Positions 61,801-64,000 of a stretch of DNA of 64,000 nt are shown in pieces. The position numbers and the translations under genes were made by a program. Within the stretch, counting starts at the first letter, position 1; each line of letters begins with the position of its first letter. The notes beneath the pieces are model-generated. The model ran no database searches and was not told where the DNA came from. It saw only the letters and a list, made by a program, of their open reading frames with translations. Source of the stretch: Chrysomallon squamiferum (Eukaryota; Animalia; Mollusca); the NCBI GenBank assembly GCA_012295275.1, contig CM022665.1, positions 16,492,001-16,556,000 on the forward strand, read 5' to 3'.

Positions 61801-63960
61801 TTAAACAGGGTATAAAAATATTAAATGAAACTGTTTCAAGACCTAATTCTATAAGCAGATGTCACATATTATTATAAAAGTATATTAGAAGAAGAAGGAA
61901 AGTTATAAATATTAATTATTTATAATTGCACATACATTAGTTTTAGCATGAAGATTAAAGAAAAACAAAACCATCTGAAAAAATATCTAAATATGTATCC
62001 ACAGAAACTTAAAATGTCTTGCACCGTATGGATGAGATACATTGATTTTTCACATTTAAAAAATATATCAGACCCTTGCAGGATTTTGAATTGCATTTTA
62101 CACCAATAATTTTTACTACTTGCAATAAATAACAGAAGAAGATTAGTTTCATTTTGAATGTTTTAAACAAATCTGACATTTTATTAGTATATTTCAAATC
62201 ATAAAATTATTACTTTTTCAGCACCCTACCTTGACAGATATTCTGTACAATGTCCAAACATACATAATTTATGCTTGTTTCCTTTCCATTCTCTTAGTAT
62301 TTATTTCAGTAATTAGAAAATGTTTTAAATTTGTTTACATTTAATTGTTTGCAGTTATTGTTTTTGTTTTGTTTTGTTTATTTATTTGTTACTTTCTTTC
62401 TTTTTTATTTTCCACAGGTTGCCAGAGATTTGGGTCTGGAGGCAACCAAGACACTGAAGTTAGAAAGTAACAACCAGCTGGGCTATTTTTTCAGAGTCAC
62501 AAGAAAAGTGAGTGATGTTTTTATTGTTGTTGTTAAGTATCACATCTTACAAAGAAATTTTTAAATATTCTATATGTCTAATTTGATTACGAAGATAAAC
62601 AAATGTGAGTAAATGTTTGTAAAATCTATCATTTTCATATTATTTTCTTGCTTTTTAAATATCTACGTAATCTGATGGGTATGCAAGAAAAAGAGAAAAA
62701 TAGAGGCTCCATGTTTTTTTATATGCTTGTTTTATTATTTATTAACAAAGATTGGCCTTCAGTGTTCTTAAATCAATGATTTATTTAGAAGTATTCTGAT
62801 GTATTAAGCTATTTTTTTTCATGCCATTAACATTATATTTGACTAATATGACTTAACTTTTAAAAACTTTTTTTTTTTTAATTATGGATGGTTCCTTAGC
62901 CAAACTGCATTTGTTTCATTTTTTTTTCAGTGACATTAAATTGTTAAAACATTCTGATATTTTGTATTTTATATTTTTTTTTTTTTTTTTTTTTAATTCA
63001 GGATGAGAAGACTTTGAGAAATAACAAGAATTATATAACAATTGACACAAAAAACAATGGAGTCCGGTTTCACAACAATGCAGTCAGACAGATGAATGTA
63101 GAGTTTTTGCAGGCCAAAGAGGATTACAATGAACAACAGAAAAGTGTTGTAGCAGAGATCATCTCCATTGCAGGTATTACAGACTGATGTTGCTGTAGTT
63201 GTAGCAGTAATGATAGTAACTAGAACTGTACCTTTACTAAAGAAAGCAAACAAAAATAACAAACATTCTATAATGGACTTAAATGTGTAATAATTTATAT
63301 AAATAAATAAATTACATTTAATCTTTTTAATATTGTGTTGAGTATGGCAAATGTTTTAACAATTAGACATAGATGATACATAGATCATACTTAACCATTG
63401 AAAATGTTATATATCAGAATAAAGTAATCAAGAGGTTTATATTTGTTCAGCAGATATAACGGATATCTTTTTTTTAGCAATCAGTGACAATTAGGTAGTC
63501 TACATGACTATGTACCATGTGACTAGAGGTTTATTTATAGCATATAAGAAAGCAATGGCTGCACTCAGCATTTATAAAATTACATTTAATAACTGAGCAA
63601 AGTTTTATCCCATTGGTTGATACATTTGTACATTTATTATTGTTGTTTTTTATTATTATTATTATTATTTTATTTTATTTTATTTTATTTTTCTCCCTAT
63701 TTATTACTATTGCTATTATTATTATTATTTTTTATATTTTTTTTCATATTTATTTTTATTTTTTATTTTTTTAAATATTATTTTGTTCTTAAAGTACCTG
63801 TGTAACATTCTGCTATTGCATTTTTCTTTCTCAGCTGGCTATGTGGAGCCCATGTTACTTATCAACGACATCATCGCCAAACTTGATGTTCTGGTCAGTT
63901 TTGCTCACGTATCATCAAGTGCACCACAGCCTTTTGTCAGACCTAAACTTCTAGAAATGG
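52877..63960 (+). CDS. MSH2: DNA mismatch repair protein MSH2, 5' part (~623 codons); exons 52877-52910, 54544-54593, 54942-54977, 55412-55499, 56404-56549, 56807-56917, 57302-57388, 57790-57913, 58318-58404, 58776-58834, 59280-59400, 59682-59795, 60210-60346, 60721-60837, 61239-61353, 61754-61809, 62418-62507, 63002-63173, 63835-63960
   Basis: [133 protein letters not shown] introns with consistent phases. Continues beyond the window. Confidence 0.98.
55788..56104. mobile_element. hAT-type MITE (317 bp) in MSH2 intron 4
   Basis: 8-bp TSD TCCTAAGG at 55780-55787 and 56105-56112; imperfect TIRs CAATGGTGCAAAACT / AGTTCTGCCACCTCTG; internal TGACAC motifs. Confidence 0.8.
57963..58015 (+). mobile_element. 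degenerate tRNA-derived SINE head in MSH2 intron 8
   Basis: A-box-like TAGCTCAGTGGTTGAGC; no good B box. A similar relic lies at ~57432. Confidence 0.3.
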
Positions 63961-64000
63961 GTTTGTTTTATTTCTTGTTATGGTGTATCTATGATGATTA

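Noticed and set aside
52877-64000. Link between MSH2 and the local abundance of microsatellites
   Set aside because: The visible MSH2 exons are intact and the protein acts in trans; proximity carries no information.

Overview
Very AT-rich, intron-rich animal (invertebrate-like) genomic DNA; the species cannot be determined from the sequence. Four protein-coding genes can be reconstructed exon by exon: (1) the 3' end of a DUF21/CBS-pair (CNNM/Mam3-like) metal transporter gene (+, 62-1859); (2) an intronless globin with an MGC acylation motif (-, 6813-7376); (3) ZC4H2 (-, 5 exons, 224 aa); (4) the 5' ~620 codons of MSH2 (+, 19 exons, runs off the window). ZC4H2 and MSH2 are head-to-head across 354 bp containing CRE, paired E2F, E-box and YY1 motifs. 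About 12.5-45.7 kb has no recognisable protein gene and is a five-unit mosaic tandem duplication full of low-complexity DNA and DNA transposons (hAT/Charlie, pogo/Tigger, a Tc1-mariner MITE). Each unit keeps two nearly invariant islands: an ~85-nt CpG-rich block with a CRE/ATG and a splice donor, and a 127-nt GC-richer self-complementary module. The module is almost invariant in its 5 full copies but decaying in 6 truncated copies. This is the best candidate for an undescribed multi-copy ncRNA or micropeptide gene, and it remains an inference.
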